From: Spirochaetota bacterium
Lineage (GTDB): Bacteria > Spirochaetota > UBA4802 > UBA5550
Direction of reading: 5' to 3'
DNA: 64,000 nucleotides
Assembly: GCA_963664815.2 (NCBI GenBank)
Contig: CAXXHB010000003.1
Coordinates: 1,952,001 to 2,016,000, forward strand
In this document: positions 11,002 to 20,041 of the stretch, one piece after another
Numbering within the stretch: position 1 is the stretch's first letter
Layout: every line of letters begins with the position of its first letter
Translations under genes and position numbers: made by a program
Notes under the pieces: model-generated
Databases searched by the model: none
What the model was told of the DNA's origin: nothing
What the model saw: the letters and a program-made list of their open reading frames with translations, nothing else

Positions 11002-11862
11002 TTATGAATTGTAAAAATCTCTAATTATTCCGGCAGTCTCCTCCGGTCTTTCCATAGGTATGGTGTGTCCTGTACCTTCAAGCAGTCTATATTCTCCGAT
11101 AGGCATAAGTGACGCAGCCTTTTTAAGATCAATAAATGTCCTGTTTTCACTTTCGGCACCCTCCAGTACAAGCACAGGACATTGTATTCCACCGAGAACC
11201 AGCCACGGGTTAAAATGCAGTCCCCCCATAAAAACAGCTGCTTCATGTTCAGGTGAACAGGCAAGATTGATACTGCCTATGGTGTTTTCAACCATTCCAT
11301 AGTTGATGAATATATCCATTGCTTCAACATCCCATTTTTTATAAAGCGTTTTTGACAGAAGATATTCCCTTGCCTCTCCCCTGTCTTTCCATTCATTGCG
11401 CCGCTTTATAGATTTTGAAGCAAGAGGATGCTGGTTAACACTCATATTCATTGTGTAAACATCCTCCGGTAAAAATATCGGTTCCATAAGTATCATCCTG
11501 CCCGGAAGGTCTGGATTAATGGAAGCAGCAATAGTTGCCACCGTAGCGCCCATGGAATGTGCCACAATGCAGCATTTTTTTATTTTGAGTTTATTGCAGA
11601 AATTGCAGATATCTTCGGCAAGGATCTTCCATTTCAATCCCCCTTCTTCCGGCAAGGCCTCTCGGTGATCGCAAAAAAATGGCGCAATGATCCTGTATTC
11701 ACTATTCAATCTGTGTGCTACAGGGTGCCATAACCAGGGGAGAAAACCTGTACCATGAAGGAACATGATAGTAGGTCCGCCCCCTTCATAAAGCAAATAT
11801 TCAATTTCCGCAGAATCATCAATCTTCTCCCGCTTTATCAGCGGGGATTTATTCTCCGTCAT
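11002..11862 (-). CDS. Alpha/beta hydrolase
   Basis: FLHGTGF oxyanion motif, AHSMG nucleophile, GHTIPMERP His. Confidence 0.92.
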   Translation of the reverse strand: MTENKSPLIKREKIDDSAEIEYLLYEGGGPTIMFLHGTGFLPWLWHPVAHRLNSEYRIIAPFFCDHREALPEEGGLKWKILAEDICNFCNKLKIKKCCIVAHSMGATVATIAASINPDLPGRMILMEPIFLPEDVYTMNMSVNQHPLASKSIKRRNEWKDRGEAREYLLSKTLYKKWDVEAMDIFINYGMVENTIGSINLACSPEHEAAVFMGGLHFNPWLVLGGIQCPVLVLEGAESENRTFIDLKKAASLMPIGEYRLLEGTGHTIPMERPEETAGIIRDFYNS

Positions 11863-11939
11863 CAGCCGTCCTCCGATTCTGAGATTTGCATAATCTTTAA
11901 TCAGCGATTTTTTAGCAGCTGCGTTATGTTTTTATAAGG

Positions 11940-12056
11940 CTAATGTCCTGTTTCTTGGAAGATGATCTGCTGACATACCGGTTTTACCAAAATAGGACCA
12001 TGTGCGATCAATAAAACATCTTTTTTAGGGCTTACTTTTATTGCTAAAATATCCAT
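11940..12056 (-). pseudogene. 38-aa ORF, probable truncated terminal cassette gene
   Basis: RBS GGAG and ATG follow the minus-strand GTTATATGC cassette start at 12094-12086. Confidence 0.35.
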
Positions 12057-12085
12057 TTTATTTCTCCGTCAGTTTTTGGCGTATG

Positions 12086-12146
12086 GCATATAACTCTCAG
12101 AATAGTATCTCAATCTTCTCTGGTTGAGATACTATTCAAGTTGGCC
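12086..12146. repeat. attC-like hairpin site
   Basis: GCATATAAC (12086-12094), perfect 14-bp IR GAATAGTATCTCAA/TTGAGATACTATTC (12100-12113/12124-12137), GTTGGCC (12140-12146). Confidence 0.55.
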
Positions 12147-12520
12147 GGCTTTTTTATACTATAACTTTGACACAGCTCATTTTGACAGGACCAATACAAT
12201 CAGTGCATCGCCTGTTATATGCCGCCAGGTAGTCCCTGTGAGCCTGTCTAAGTGCAAAAATACTGTTTGCCCGACAGAACTGCTTGAGCAACAGCCAAAC
12301 ACAATATTAATGGATTTTAAATTACCGGATTTATAATTGCAAGAATAATTCGTATGTTGAAATTTGAATAAATAAACAAACGCATCTTTATAACAACCAA
12401 TGTATCTACTTTTAAAACACTGTTAAACGGCATTCCCAAGAATAAATTATCAGTATTTCTTAATCATCAGAATAAAAGTATCCCTTCATGGTCTTTTTAT
12501 AGTTCCATAATCATAAGATA

Positions 12521-12710
12521 TTAATATGCAGATAATAATCTACAACCGCTCTGCTTCGCCGGAGGTGACCAATACCTCACCGGTTCAGGAATCTCTTTTA
12601 CAACAAGCCTTCCGGTTTTGCATGCAGGGCAGCATGAAACGCGACAACTATCTTGGCACATAGGGCAACAGCCTTCTTTTTGTTTCTGTGTGATAGAATT
12701 CCGAAGTACT
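12521..12710 (-). pseudogene. IS91-family transposase C-terminal remnant (subfamily A)
   Basis: Frameshifted pieces YFGILSHRNKKKAVALC and CPACKTGRLVVKEIPEP...SPP typical of IS91 Y2 transposase C-termini. Confidence 0.6.
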
Positions 12711-12712
12711 AT

Positions 12713-13288
12713 CAGGGCAAACAATCTTGCCCTTTGCCGGATGTTTCCCGGTCAGCTGTCAGCCCCTGGCGGAGCAGTATGAGCTGAGCAAAGAGCTTCC
12801 TGAGGATACAGCTTTCCTGTTCTGGAAATATTTCAGGATTGATATAACTCTCTGCAGGGAGTGCGAAAAGGGACACATTCATTATATCCATGGCCTGTCG
12901 ACTTACGGTTAGCTGTTATAAAGAGTATAGCTGTACTTCACAAATTTAAAAAACTGTTTCATAGAGAGGATAAGTATGTCCGGAGATTTTGAGATTTTGC
13001 ATAAAATCGCCATTCACAGTCTATCAGATAACTGTAGAAATAATTATTTTACGGGATTATTATTTTTTCCGGTAAGATCATCGGATTTTTACTGTATGTT
13101 ATTTCAAAGATCGGGATAAAACGGTATTCAAATTCCTAAATATACTGTTCGATCCCAGTGGTTTCGTCCAACAGAGTCTTAACATAGCTGCTGTCTGAAG
13201 ATTGAAATCATCTGTTTAATGTTTTTATACCTCTAATAAAGATTAGCGGTTTTTTTGAGACAACTACGTTAAGACTTCTATAAGTTAT
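12713..13288 (+). mobile_element. IS91-family 3' end remnant (copy 1): transposase tail, oriIS-like motif, attC-like hairpin
   Basis: Near-identical to 15362-15929; DITLCRECEKGH tail; ATTCAAATTCCTA oriIS-like motif near 13126. Confidence 0.8.
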
Positions 13289-13290
13289 GC
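13166..13290. repeat. attC-like hairpin (copy 1 of IS91-linked site)
   Basis: GTCCAAC...AGTCTTAACATAG...CTACGTTAAGACT...GTTATGC. Confidence 0.55.
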
Positions 13291-13317
13291 GATGTTTTAG
13301 GCTTTAAAGAATAAGTT

Positions 13318-14541
13318 TTAACTATTGTTAAATTTTAACAAACCAGAATTATCATGGAATAAATTAATTATTTCGTTCGTCGTAATTTTTTTCAATAAAA
13401 AAGCTTCAAAAATTTCAAGCAGACTTTTCGTCTCAATTATCAAACTTTCATTTCTTTTTGCTAACTGGATTTGTTTTTCGTGAATTTGTTCGCGTTGTAG
13501 TAACTCTTTATTCCTTTGATGACAAATAATTAACAATGATTTTTTTGTTTTTGTTGAAATACTTTCACTTATTTTATCAAGATAATTCTGATAATGAACA
13601 TCCAATTGAGAAATGTGTTCGGATTTAACGTTTGTTGATACGCCCTTAATTTCACCAATAAAATTAATCTTCTCCAGTTCTATCAAAAAATCTTCATTTT
13701 TATTATCAATAAATCCTGTTAAATCACAATTTAATATTTGTTCAAGAATTTCAAATACAACATTAACCAAATCATTACCGTTTAAATAAAGAATCGATTT
13801 ATATTTATTGTTTCGATTAAGAAAATCATTTGCTTCTTGAATATTATTTTGTGCATTTTCTATTATTGAAATATTTTCTTGTATTGTTGATTTATGTTTT
13901 TTGTCATCATAAAAAATTACATCATTGATCCAAGATGGTATATTATCTTTTATTTTTATAAGGTTTAATAAATTTAAAAAATCGAATAATTCTTCAGTAT
14001 TATTAATTGAAAGTGTTGTTAAAATAATGTCATCAACTTCAATGGTTGTTGCTTTATTACTTAAAATTGATTTTGTTAAAACAATATGGTCAACATTAAA
14101 ATAAAAATCAGAACTAATAGTATGTGTAGATATTTGTGTTTGTGTTCTTTCAAACGTTAGTGATGTATAAGGTAACTTTAAATATTTAATTAGAATATTT
14201 ACTTCCAATTCATGCAAAATATTTTTTAGTTTACTACGACTCATATACTTACCAGAGAAATAATTATATTCAAAATTGATATCCTGTGGATAAATATATA
14301 TGATTTTTGTGTCTTGTGAGTTGTTTATCATCGTCGATAAGTGTATTAAATCGTTCGCTATATTGACTGAGTTATAACTATTCTTCGTATTACTCCATAT
14401 ATTGGAACTCCTTAAGTCAATTATATTGATTTGATACATATCAAGTGAGTCGGGATTATTAATCTCATTAATTGAAATATCATCTGAGTCAAAAGAATTA
14501 TAATTGCTTCGAGTAAGTAATTGTATCAATTTTTTATTCAT
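13318..14541 (-). CDS. Cassette protein with C-terminal PD-(D/E)XK nuclease-like domain
   Basis: EDFLIELEKINFIGEIKG motif after a coiled coil; very AT-rich. Confidence 0.6.
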   Translation of the reverse strand: MNKKLIQLLTRSNYNSFDSDDISINEINNPDSLDMYQINIIDLRSSNIWSNTKNSYNSVNIANDLIHLSTMINNSQDTKIIYIYPQDINFEYNYFSGKYMSRSKLKNILHELEVNILIKYLKLPYTSLTFERTQTQISTHTISSDFYFNVDHIVLTKSILSNKATTIEVDDIILTTLSINNTEELFDFLNLLNLIKIKDNIPSWINDVIFYDDKKHKSTIQENISIIENAQNNIQEANDFLNRNNKYKSILYLNGNDLVNVVFEILEQILNCDLTGFIDNKNEDFLIELEKINFIGEIKGVSTNVKSEHISQLDVHYQNYLDKISESISTKTKKSLLIICHQRNKELLQREQIHEKQIQLAKRNESLIIETKSLLEIFEAFLLKKITTNEIINLFHDNSGLLKFNNS

Positions 14542-14556
14542 AATAATTTCCTAAAA

Positions 14557-14974
14557 GTCTGGTAGGTCGGGGAGTTTGCACCCCCTTTCCCCCATAAGAA
14601 CCGTACGTGAAAGTTTTACCACAGGCACTTCCTACGGTCGCCCTCCATACGGCTCAAGCCGTCTAAAGCTGATTATACAACCAGCCGTTGTTATCTGTTT
14701 GTATTCCCATTTTTCTATAGCAGAAATAATCAGAATCTTCTTTTAAAAATGGGTTCCTGTCAAGACTTATCATTCTGTGCCGTACAATTTTAATGTGTCC
14801 CGCAGTAATGAGAATCTCCTCTTCAGAGCAGAAAGTCCAATCCCTGTTTCCTATGCGTTTCCAGTACCGGTTTTTAAGCCATAAAGAATTTTTCATCGGG
14901 TGCCTGAATCTGCCCCATCTCCATAGAGCCTGAAAAAGAACAGTATCGGGATTTTTAAAGGCTTCCTTTGACAT
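14557..14974 (-). mobile_element. Group II intron 3' fragment (end of IEP ORF, domains V and VI); 5' part deleted
   Basis: Minus strand GAGCCGTATG...CACGTACGGTTC (domain V, AGC triad), domain VI ending CCTACCAGAC. Confidence 0.85.
14663..14974 (-). pseudogene. Group II intron reverse transcriptase/maturase C-terminal fragment (CL-like lineage)
   Basis: LWRWGRFRHPMKNSLWLKNRYWKRIGNRDWTF...IVRHRMISLDRNPF. Confidence 0.85.
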
Positions 14975-15554
14975 TCAGGAAAATGCTTTTATTCCACCTC
15001 GGCAAAGAACTTAAAAACGGTTCTTTAAAGACACCTGACGGTATTGAAGATATTGCAAAGCTTTTTAATCAGCTTGCGCATATTCCATGGGTTGTAAATT
15101 CCCAGCCTCCCGGCAAAGGTAAAAAGAAACCGGTAAACATAGTCCGCTATCTTTCGAGATACGTTGCTAAAAGTGCAGTCAGTGATAAACGGATACAGAA
15201 AGCGGAGAATGGAAATGTTTACATCCGCTATTACAATAGAAAAAGGAAGCAGAGTAAAATGGAGGTTGTTACAGAGATTCAATTTATGAAACGGCTGGTG
15301 CTGCATATTCTTCCTAAAGGATTTAAAAAGTCCGGTTCTTCGGTTTTATGGCAAACCGTAACAGGGCAAACAATCTTGCCCTTTGCCGGATGTTTCCCGG
15401 TCAGCCCCTGGCGGAGCAGTATGAGCTGAGCAAAGAGCTTCTTGAGGATACGGCTTTCCTGATCTGGAAATATTTCAGGATCGATATAACTCTCTGCAGG
15501 GAGTGCGAAAAGGGACACATTCATTATATCCATGGCCTGTCGACTTACGGTTAG
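14968..15554 (+). pseudogene. IS91-family transposase, 5'-truncated and frameshifted (subfamily B)
   Basis: RYLSRYVAKSAVSDKRI (Y2 motif), FMKRLVLHILPKGF, then shift to ANRNR...DITLCRECEKG. Confidence 0.85.
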
Positions 15555-15929
15555 CTGTTATAAAGAGTATAGCTGTACTTCACAAATTTAAAAACTGTTT
15601 CATAGAGAGGATAAGTATGCCCGGAGCTTTTGAGATTTTGCATAAAATCGCCATTCACAGTCTATCAGATAACTGTAGAAATAATTATTTTACGGGATTA
15701 TTATTTTTTCCGGTAAGATCATCGGATTTTTACTGTATGTTATTTCAAAGATCGGGATAAAACGGTATTCAAATTCCTATATATACTGTTCGATCCCAGG
15801 GGTTTCGTCCAACAGAGTCTTAACATAGTTGTTGTCTGAAGATTGAAATTATCTGTTTAATGTTTTTATACCGCTAATAAAGATTAGCGGTTTTTTTGAG
15901 GCAACTACGTTAAGACTTCTATAAGTTAT
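15362..15929 (+). repeat. IS91-family 3' end (copy 2), direct repeat of 12713-13288
   Basis: ~570-bp near-identity ending at AAGTTAT; oriIS-like GGTATTCAAATTCCTATATATAC at ~15764-15786. Confidence 0.85.
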
Positions 15930-15931
15930 AT
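15807..15931. repeat. attC-like hairpin (copy 2 of IS91-linked site)
   Basis: GTCCAAC...AGTCTTAACATAGTTG...CAACTACGTTAAGACT...GTTATAT with internal CCGCTAAT/ATTAGCGG hairpin. Confidence 0.55.
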
Positions 15932-16034
15932 GAAGGCGGCGCGCTGAATATGAAAAGTCGGACGAAGACAGGACGTCTGAGGCCGTTGAAAAATCTATTT
16001 GTTTTGTACTAAAAGAAACAAAATTTTTTATATC

Positions 16035-16064
16035 TTGACAAATAATTGGTTTATTCATTATATT
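16035..16064 (+). promoter_or_regulatory. Candidate sigma70 promoter for three-gene cassette
   Basis: TTGACA (16035-16040), 18 bp, TATATT (16059-16064). Confidence 0.45.
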
Positions 16065-16166
16065 ATGCACCTATAAGTGTTAATAAATATGCCATATCTA
16101 GAGTTTTTTGTCTAGTATCTATTAATTGTTTCAGTTGCTTTTTGAATAATTAGAAAGCCTTCTTTT

Positions 16167-16934
16167 TTGAAATTAAATTGTTTAAATGAAAATATTATTA
16201 TGAATGACGAAAATATCTTAAAATTGCCAAATATTAACAAAATAAAATACCAAAGTAATTTTATTCGTTTGGCTGTATGTGAATTGCGGTTTCCAACTCT
16301 ACTTGAATTGGAAACTAAAGAGCCTGCAAAATTTCAAGCAGCAATAAGAAAAGAATACCCATATTATACAAAAGGTAAAAACATAAATATTGAACCCGGT
16401 AGTGAAAACCCATCTCTTGAAACTGTTTACAATTTTATTTCAAAAGATCAGAGTTGGACGATTGGTCTTAAACCTTCATCCATATCGCTTGAAACTAAAG
16501 CATATAAAAATTTTAGTGAATTTCTAGAACGCTTATTAAAAGTAATTGATAAGGTAAAACCAATTATTGATACAGATTTTTTTACTCGTGTTGGTTTGAG
16601 ATATATTGATACTTTACCAGTAAAAACTGAGCCAGTCAATGAATGGATTAATCCTGAGCTTACAAACCAACTTATCAATGGGGAACTCGGTAAGCCCGGA
16701 AGTTATTGGCAAGAAATTGTTGGAAATACTTTTTGTGGTAAATATACATTTCGACATGGAATAAAAAATAACAATCATAATGATTATATTCTAGATTTTG
16801 ATTTTTATGATGAAAATGTAGAATTAAAAGATATTGGAACAAAAATTAGAAATTTACATGATGAGAGTATTAAATTATTCTTTTGGTCTCTTGGAAAAAA
16901 AAGTATAGAATATATGAATTCACAACATCAATAG
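16167..16934 (+). CDS. TIGR04255-family-like protein
   Basis: AVCELRFP N-terminal strand, SISLETKAYKNFSEF, RVGLRYID, YILDFD. Confidence 0.8.
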   Translation: MKLNCLNENIIMNDENILKLPNINKIKYQSNFIRLAVCELRFPTLLELETKEPAKFQAAIRKEYPYYTKGKNINIEPGSENPSLETVYNFISKDQSWTIGLKPSSISLETKAYKNFSEFLERLLKVIDKVKPIIDTDFFTRVGLRYIDTLPVKTEPVNEWINPELTNQLINGELGKPGSYWQEIVGNTFCGKYTFRHGIKNNNHNDYILDFDFYDENVELKDIGTKIRNLHDESIKLFFWSLGKKSIEYMNSQHQ

Positions 16935-16944
16935 GATAATAGTT

Positions 16945-17379
16945 ATGAATTTGATAACAGCAACAACTACAAAATCAGATGATATGTATAAACTGGATAA
17001 TGGTAGTTTAACAAGGTCATCATTCGATGAAATAGAAAAGGATTTGGACGATTATTCTTCATTACGAAATTGGAAGAACCAAGACCTTAAACGAACTAAT
17101 TATATAGATTCTGATGATTATATTATTGAATTTGATAAAAATAAATCAGAAGTTCAAATATCAAATGAAAATCGAATAACATTATTGGCTAGAAAGTATA
17201 TATCAGGAAAATTGTCTCTTGAAGAAGAATCTCGACTGCTTATTGAAAAAGAACGAGTTAAACAACTAATTCCACTTGTCACCATAGAAGATTATAAACT
17301 TGTTGGAGATATGCTGGCAGATGTAAAAAAAATTCAAGATAAACAAAAAGCTATCAAGGAAAAACTAAATATAAAATAA
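16945..17379 (+). CDS. Hypothetical protein (middle gene of cassette operon)
   Basis: RBS AGGA; 10-bp and 4-bp gaps to neighbours. Confidence 0.7.
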   Translation: MNLITATTTKSDDMYKLDNGSLTRSSFDEIEKDLDDYSSLRNWKNQDLKRTNYIDSDDYIIEFDKNKSEVQISNENRITLLARKYISGKLSLEEESRLLIEKERVKQLIPLVTIEDYKLVGDMLADVKKIQDKQKAIKEKLNIK

Positions 17380-17383
17380 ATAT

Positions 17384-18007
17384 ATGGAACCATTCATATA
17401 TCCTCAGATAAAACATCGGCGTACCCAGACACCTCCAAAATTCAAGCGTTATCAATCATATAAAAAGTATTTAAAGGTTGAGTTTGAAAACAAGTGTATC
17501 TATTGTAGAATGCCTGATGGCTTAAAAGGAGATGCTTTTTTCGGCGTTGAACATTATAAGCCATCAAGTAAATTTAAAAGTTTAGAATGCACTTACTCAA
17601 ATTTATATTATAGTTGTAATACTTGTAACAGTAATAAAGGCAATTTTTGGCCCTCAGCACGACAATTAATTAAAAATTTATTTATTCCGAATCCATGTGA
17701 TCATATTATGATTCAACATCTTAAATACGTTGATGAGTATGTAAAGTCAAAGTCTGATACAGGAGATTTTTGCATAGAATTATTACGATTAAATGAAGAG
17801 AGTGTTGTTGATTATCGTAAATATGTAATTGATACAATAAAGATTCTTAATAAAGAACTCTCCTCTTTAAAATCTGATATAATTGAGTTTGAAAAATTAA
17901 AATTAAGTGATAAAAATAAATTAGACGAAATAAAATCAGCTATAAATGAAACAAATGAAAATATTGAAAGAATAGATAAACATATTCAACGTCTTACTGG
18001 AAAATAA
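17384..18007 (+). CDS. HNH endonuclease
   Basis: KCIYC...VEHYKP...NLYYSCNTCNSNKG, IPNPCD. Confidence 0.9.
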   Translation: MEPFIYPQIKHRRTQTPPKFKRYQSYKKYLKVEFENKCIYCRMPDGLKGDAFFGVEHYKPSSKFKSLECTYSNLYYSCNTCNSNKGNFWPSARQLIKNLFIPNPCDHIMIQHLKYVDEYVKSKSDTGDFCIELLRLNEESVVDYRKYVIDTIKILNKELSSLKSDIIEFEKLKLSDKNKLDEIKSAINETNENIERIDKHIQRLTGK

Positions 18008-18033
18008 TTAATATTACTCTTTTTATAATTCAT

Positions 18034-18074
18034 ATTTCAGAAAAAGCGGGCAGGACGCCAGCTTTTTCTGAAAT
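18034..18074 (+). terminator. Hairpin after HNH gene
   Basis: TTTCAGAAAAAGC / GCTTTTTCTGAAA inverted repeat. Confidence 0.5.
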
Positions 18075-18099
18075 CAGTAAAAAGTCAAGCGCCGCTTTC

Positions 18100-18197
18100 A
18101 TATAACGTTTTGCTTACCCGAAGTTGCGCGGCCTTTTGCGCAATTTGCCGCAGGCCAAGTGAGGTACTCCGAACGCAGCGGGTAAGCTTTGTTATAT
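18100..18197. repeat. attC-like recombination site
   Basis: ATATAAC - GCTTACCCG ... CGGGTAAGC - GTTATAT; GC-rich internal hairpins in AT-rich context. Confidence 0.75.
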
Positions 18198-18280
18198 GCT
18201 GAAAGCGCGATCATGAAATGTTTTGAGCAAGCGAAGCACGGATGCTGAGCTTGTACTAACGGATTATTATTAAATTTCCC

Positions 18281-18952
18281 TTATAATGGTTCCCATGTTT
18301 TAATAGGTTCTTGAAATTCACCATCAATTTCATCCGGTTTAAACGTGAATAAATAATTTTGCAACCATAAGTATTTATCTCTAATTTGTACTTTGTTTTT
18401 TATGTCACTAGAATTTGTTTTTACCATATTTTTTAAAACATCATATATTTTTTTCCAATTAGTATTATCAATAATATGCAATTGATAATTATTACCGTCT
18501 CTTCTTATTAAATTTTTTTCTTGAAGTGTGGAAAAAGTACCTTTATTTTTTTCAATCTCAATTATATTTGGGTTAATTAAAATTCTGGGATATGTTGCTA
18601 TTTGCTCTAACTGATAAGCTTCTGATAATGCTAAACTATAAGTTATTGTATCGTTTTCAAAATGTTTATTAAAGGATGTTCCTCCTCTGATTAACAATCC
18701 ATTTTCCATAAAATTAATAAATATATTTTTCAATATTTCAAGAAAATATATGACATTGTTAGTATCGTTATAAGCAATGAATAATGAATCCGATATTGAT
18801 TTATAGCTTATATCCGTTTTGCTAAAACCTTGTAGATATTGAAAAGATGATTGTAGCTTTTCTTTAAATAACTCTGTATTTTTTCTTTCATCATCTTCTA
18901 TAAATTGCTTATAACCAAGTACATCTAAAAAAGCATATAATTTATAACTCAT
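18281..18952 (-). CDS. Class III nucleotidyl-cyclase-fold protein (putative)
   Basis: FLDVLGY, SISDSL, LIRGG, EAYQLE...YPRILI pattern; 4-bp overlap with ParA gene. Confidence 0.55.
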   Translation of the reverse strand: MSYKLYAFLDVLGYKQFIEDDERKNTELFKEKLQSSFQYLQGFSKTDISYKSISDSLFIAYNDTNNVIYFLEILKNIFINFMENGLLIRGGTSFNKHFENDTITYSLALSEAYQLEQIATYPRILINPNIIEIEKNKGTFSTLQEKNLIRRDGNNYQLHIIDNTNWKKIYDVLKNMVKTNSSDIKNKVQIRDKYLWLQNYLFTFKPDEIDGEFQEPIKTWEPL

Positions 18953-19977
18953 ATTGTTAACGACTCAACAATTTTTTTTATTTCATCTTTATATGCAATT
19001 AATTTTGTATTATATGTGTCCCAGACTTGACCATAAAACTTTTGATTTATTTCTGATAAATATGTTGAATCGTCTTGGCTGATGTCAAATATAGCTTTCC
19101 CTACGATTTGTGCAACTGGAAGTAGGGGCCCAAGATCTTCAACTTCTGATATTATTGGTTTGTTCCCTATTTCTTTAGAGTTGGATTTTAAAGAACCATC
19201 TTTGATACAAGACTTCAATTCGTCGGTTATTTTATTACTCCATACATCATATACCTTTTTAGCTTTTCCTTGATACTTTTGATATTTTTGGGAGATGGAG
19301 CCTAAAAATATTGGAAAGGATTTAGTTACTTCAATTCCGAAAGGTGATAATGTATCATATATTAGTTCATCAGTTTTTTCCCATTCATTAAAAAGATTTT
19401 TTAATACTTTGATTGCTAACATAGAAAAACGATCAGGACTGACTGGGATAAAAAATCCATCCGTTGCGAGAAAAGCAAGTCTTGTTAATGCACCACTACT
19501 GGGACCAACGTCTGTGATTATATAATCATATTTATTTCTATAGTCATCTATAAGTCTTTTAAAAGAAACATATGTATTTTTTTCATTAACTCTGCTTGTA
19601 ATTGCAAAATCAATTGCTGATGCAAAATATTGTTCTGCACGTGCACTAAACTGGAAATCGCCACGTATTAAATCTAAGTTTGGATATAATTTAGATTTGC
19701 TTATTACGATTTTTGAAGTATCAATTCGATGTGATGCTCCATCTATTCGGTCTTGAAAGGCGTCTAATATTGATGTTCCGGGTAAATCTTTTTCGGGATT
19801 ATCCATTATTTCAGTATTTGAAGCGAAAAATAATTCTGTTAAATTACATTGTGGATCTGCGTCTATTAGTAATATTTTTTTACCAAGAATTTTACTCAAA
19901 TAAACTCCAACATTAAAGGCAGTAGTTGTTTTTGAAACACCACCTTTATTATTATAAAATGTAATCGCCTGTATCAT
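18949..19977 (-). CDS. ParA/Soj-family ATPase (cassette cargo)
   Basis: NNKGGVSKTT deviant Walker A, IDADPQCNLT, YIITDVGPS. Confidence 0.9.
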   Translation of the reverse strand: MIQAITFYNNKGGVSKTTTAFNVGVYLSKILGKKILLIDADPQCNLTELFFASNTEIMDNPEKDLPGTSILDAFQDRIDGASHRIDTSKIVISKSKLYPNLDLIRGDFQFSARAEQYFASAIDFAITSRVNEKNTYVSFKRLIDDYRNKYDYIITDVGPSSGALTRLAFLATDGFFIPVSPDRFSMLAIKVLKNLFNEWEKTDELIYDTLSPFGIEVTKSFPIFLGSISQKYQKYQGKAKKVYDVWSNKITDELKSCIKDGSLKSNSKEIGNKPIISEVEDLGPLLPVAQIVGKAIFDISQDDSTYLSEINQKFYGQVWDTYNTKLIAYKDEIKKIVESLTI

Positions 19978-20041
19978 AGCTTCTCCTTCTCTTTGTACAT
20001 TTTTATAAATGAGGCCACGGATGGCCGATTAAAAAGTTTTT

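Noticed and set aside
14663-14974. Retron or DGR reverse transcriptase
   Set aside because: Followed by group II intron domains V/VI, and only the maturase tail remains
15503-16070. ORFs 15503-15760 and 15849-16070
   Set aside because: Overlap the IS91 end and attC-like hairpin, with no protein motifs
18949-19977. Chromosome or plasmid partition ParA
   Set aside because: No parB, parS or replication genes nearby; sits inside an IR-bounded cassette
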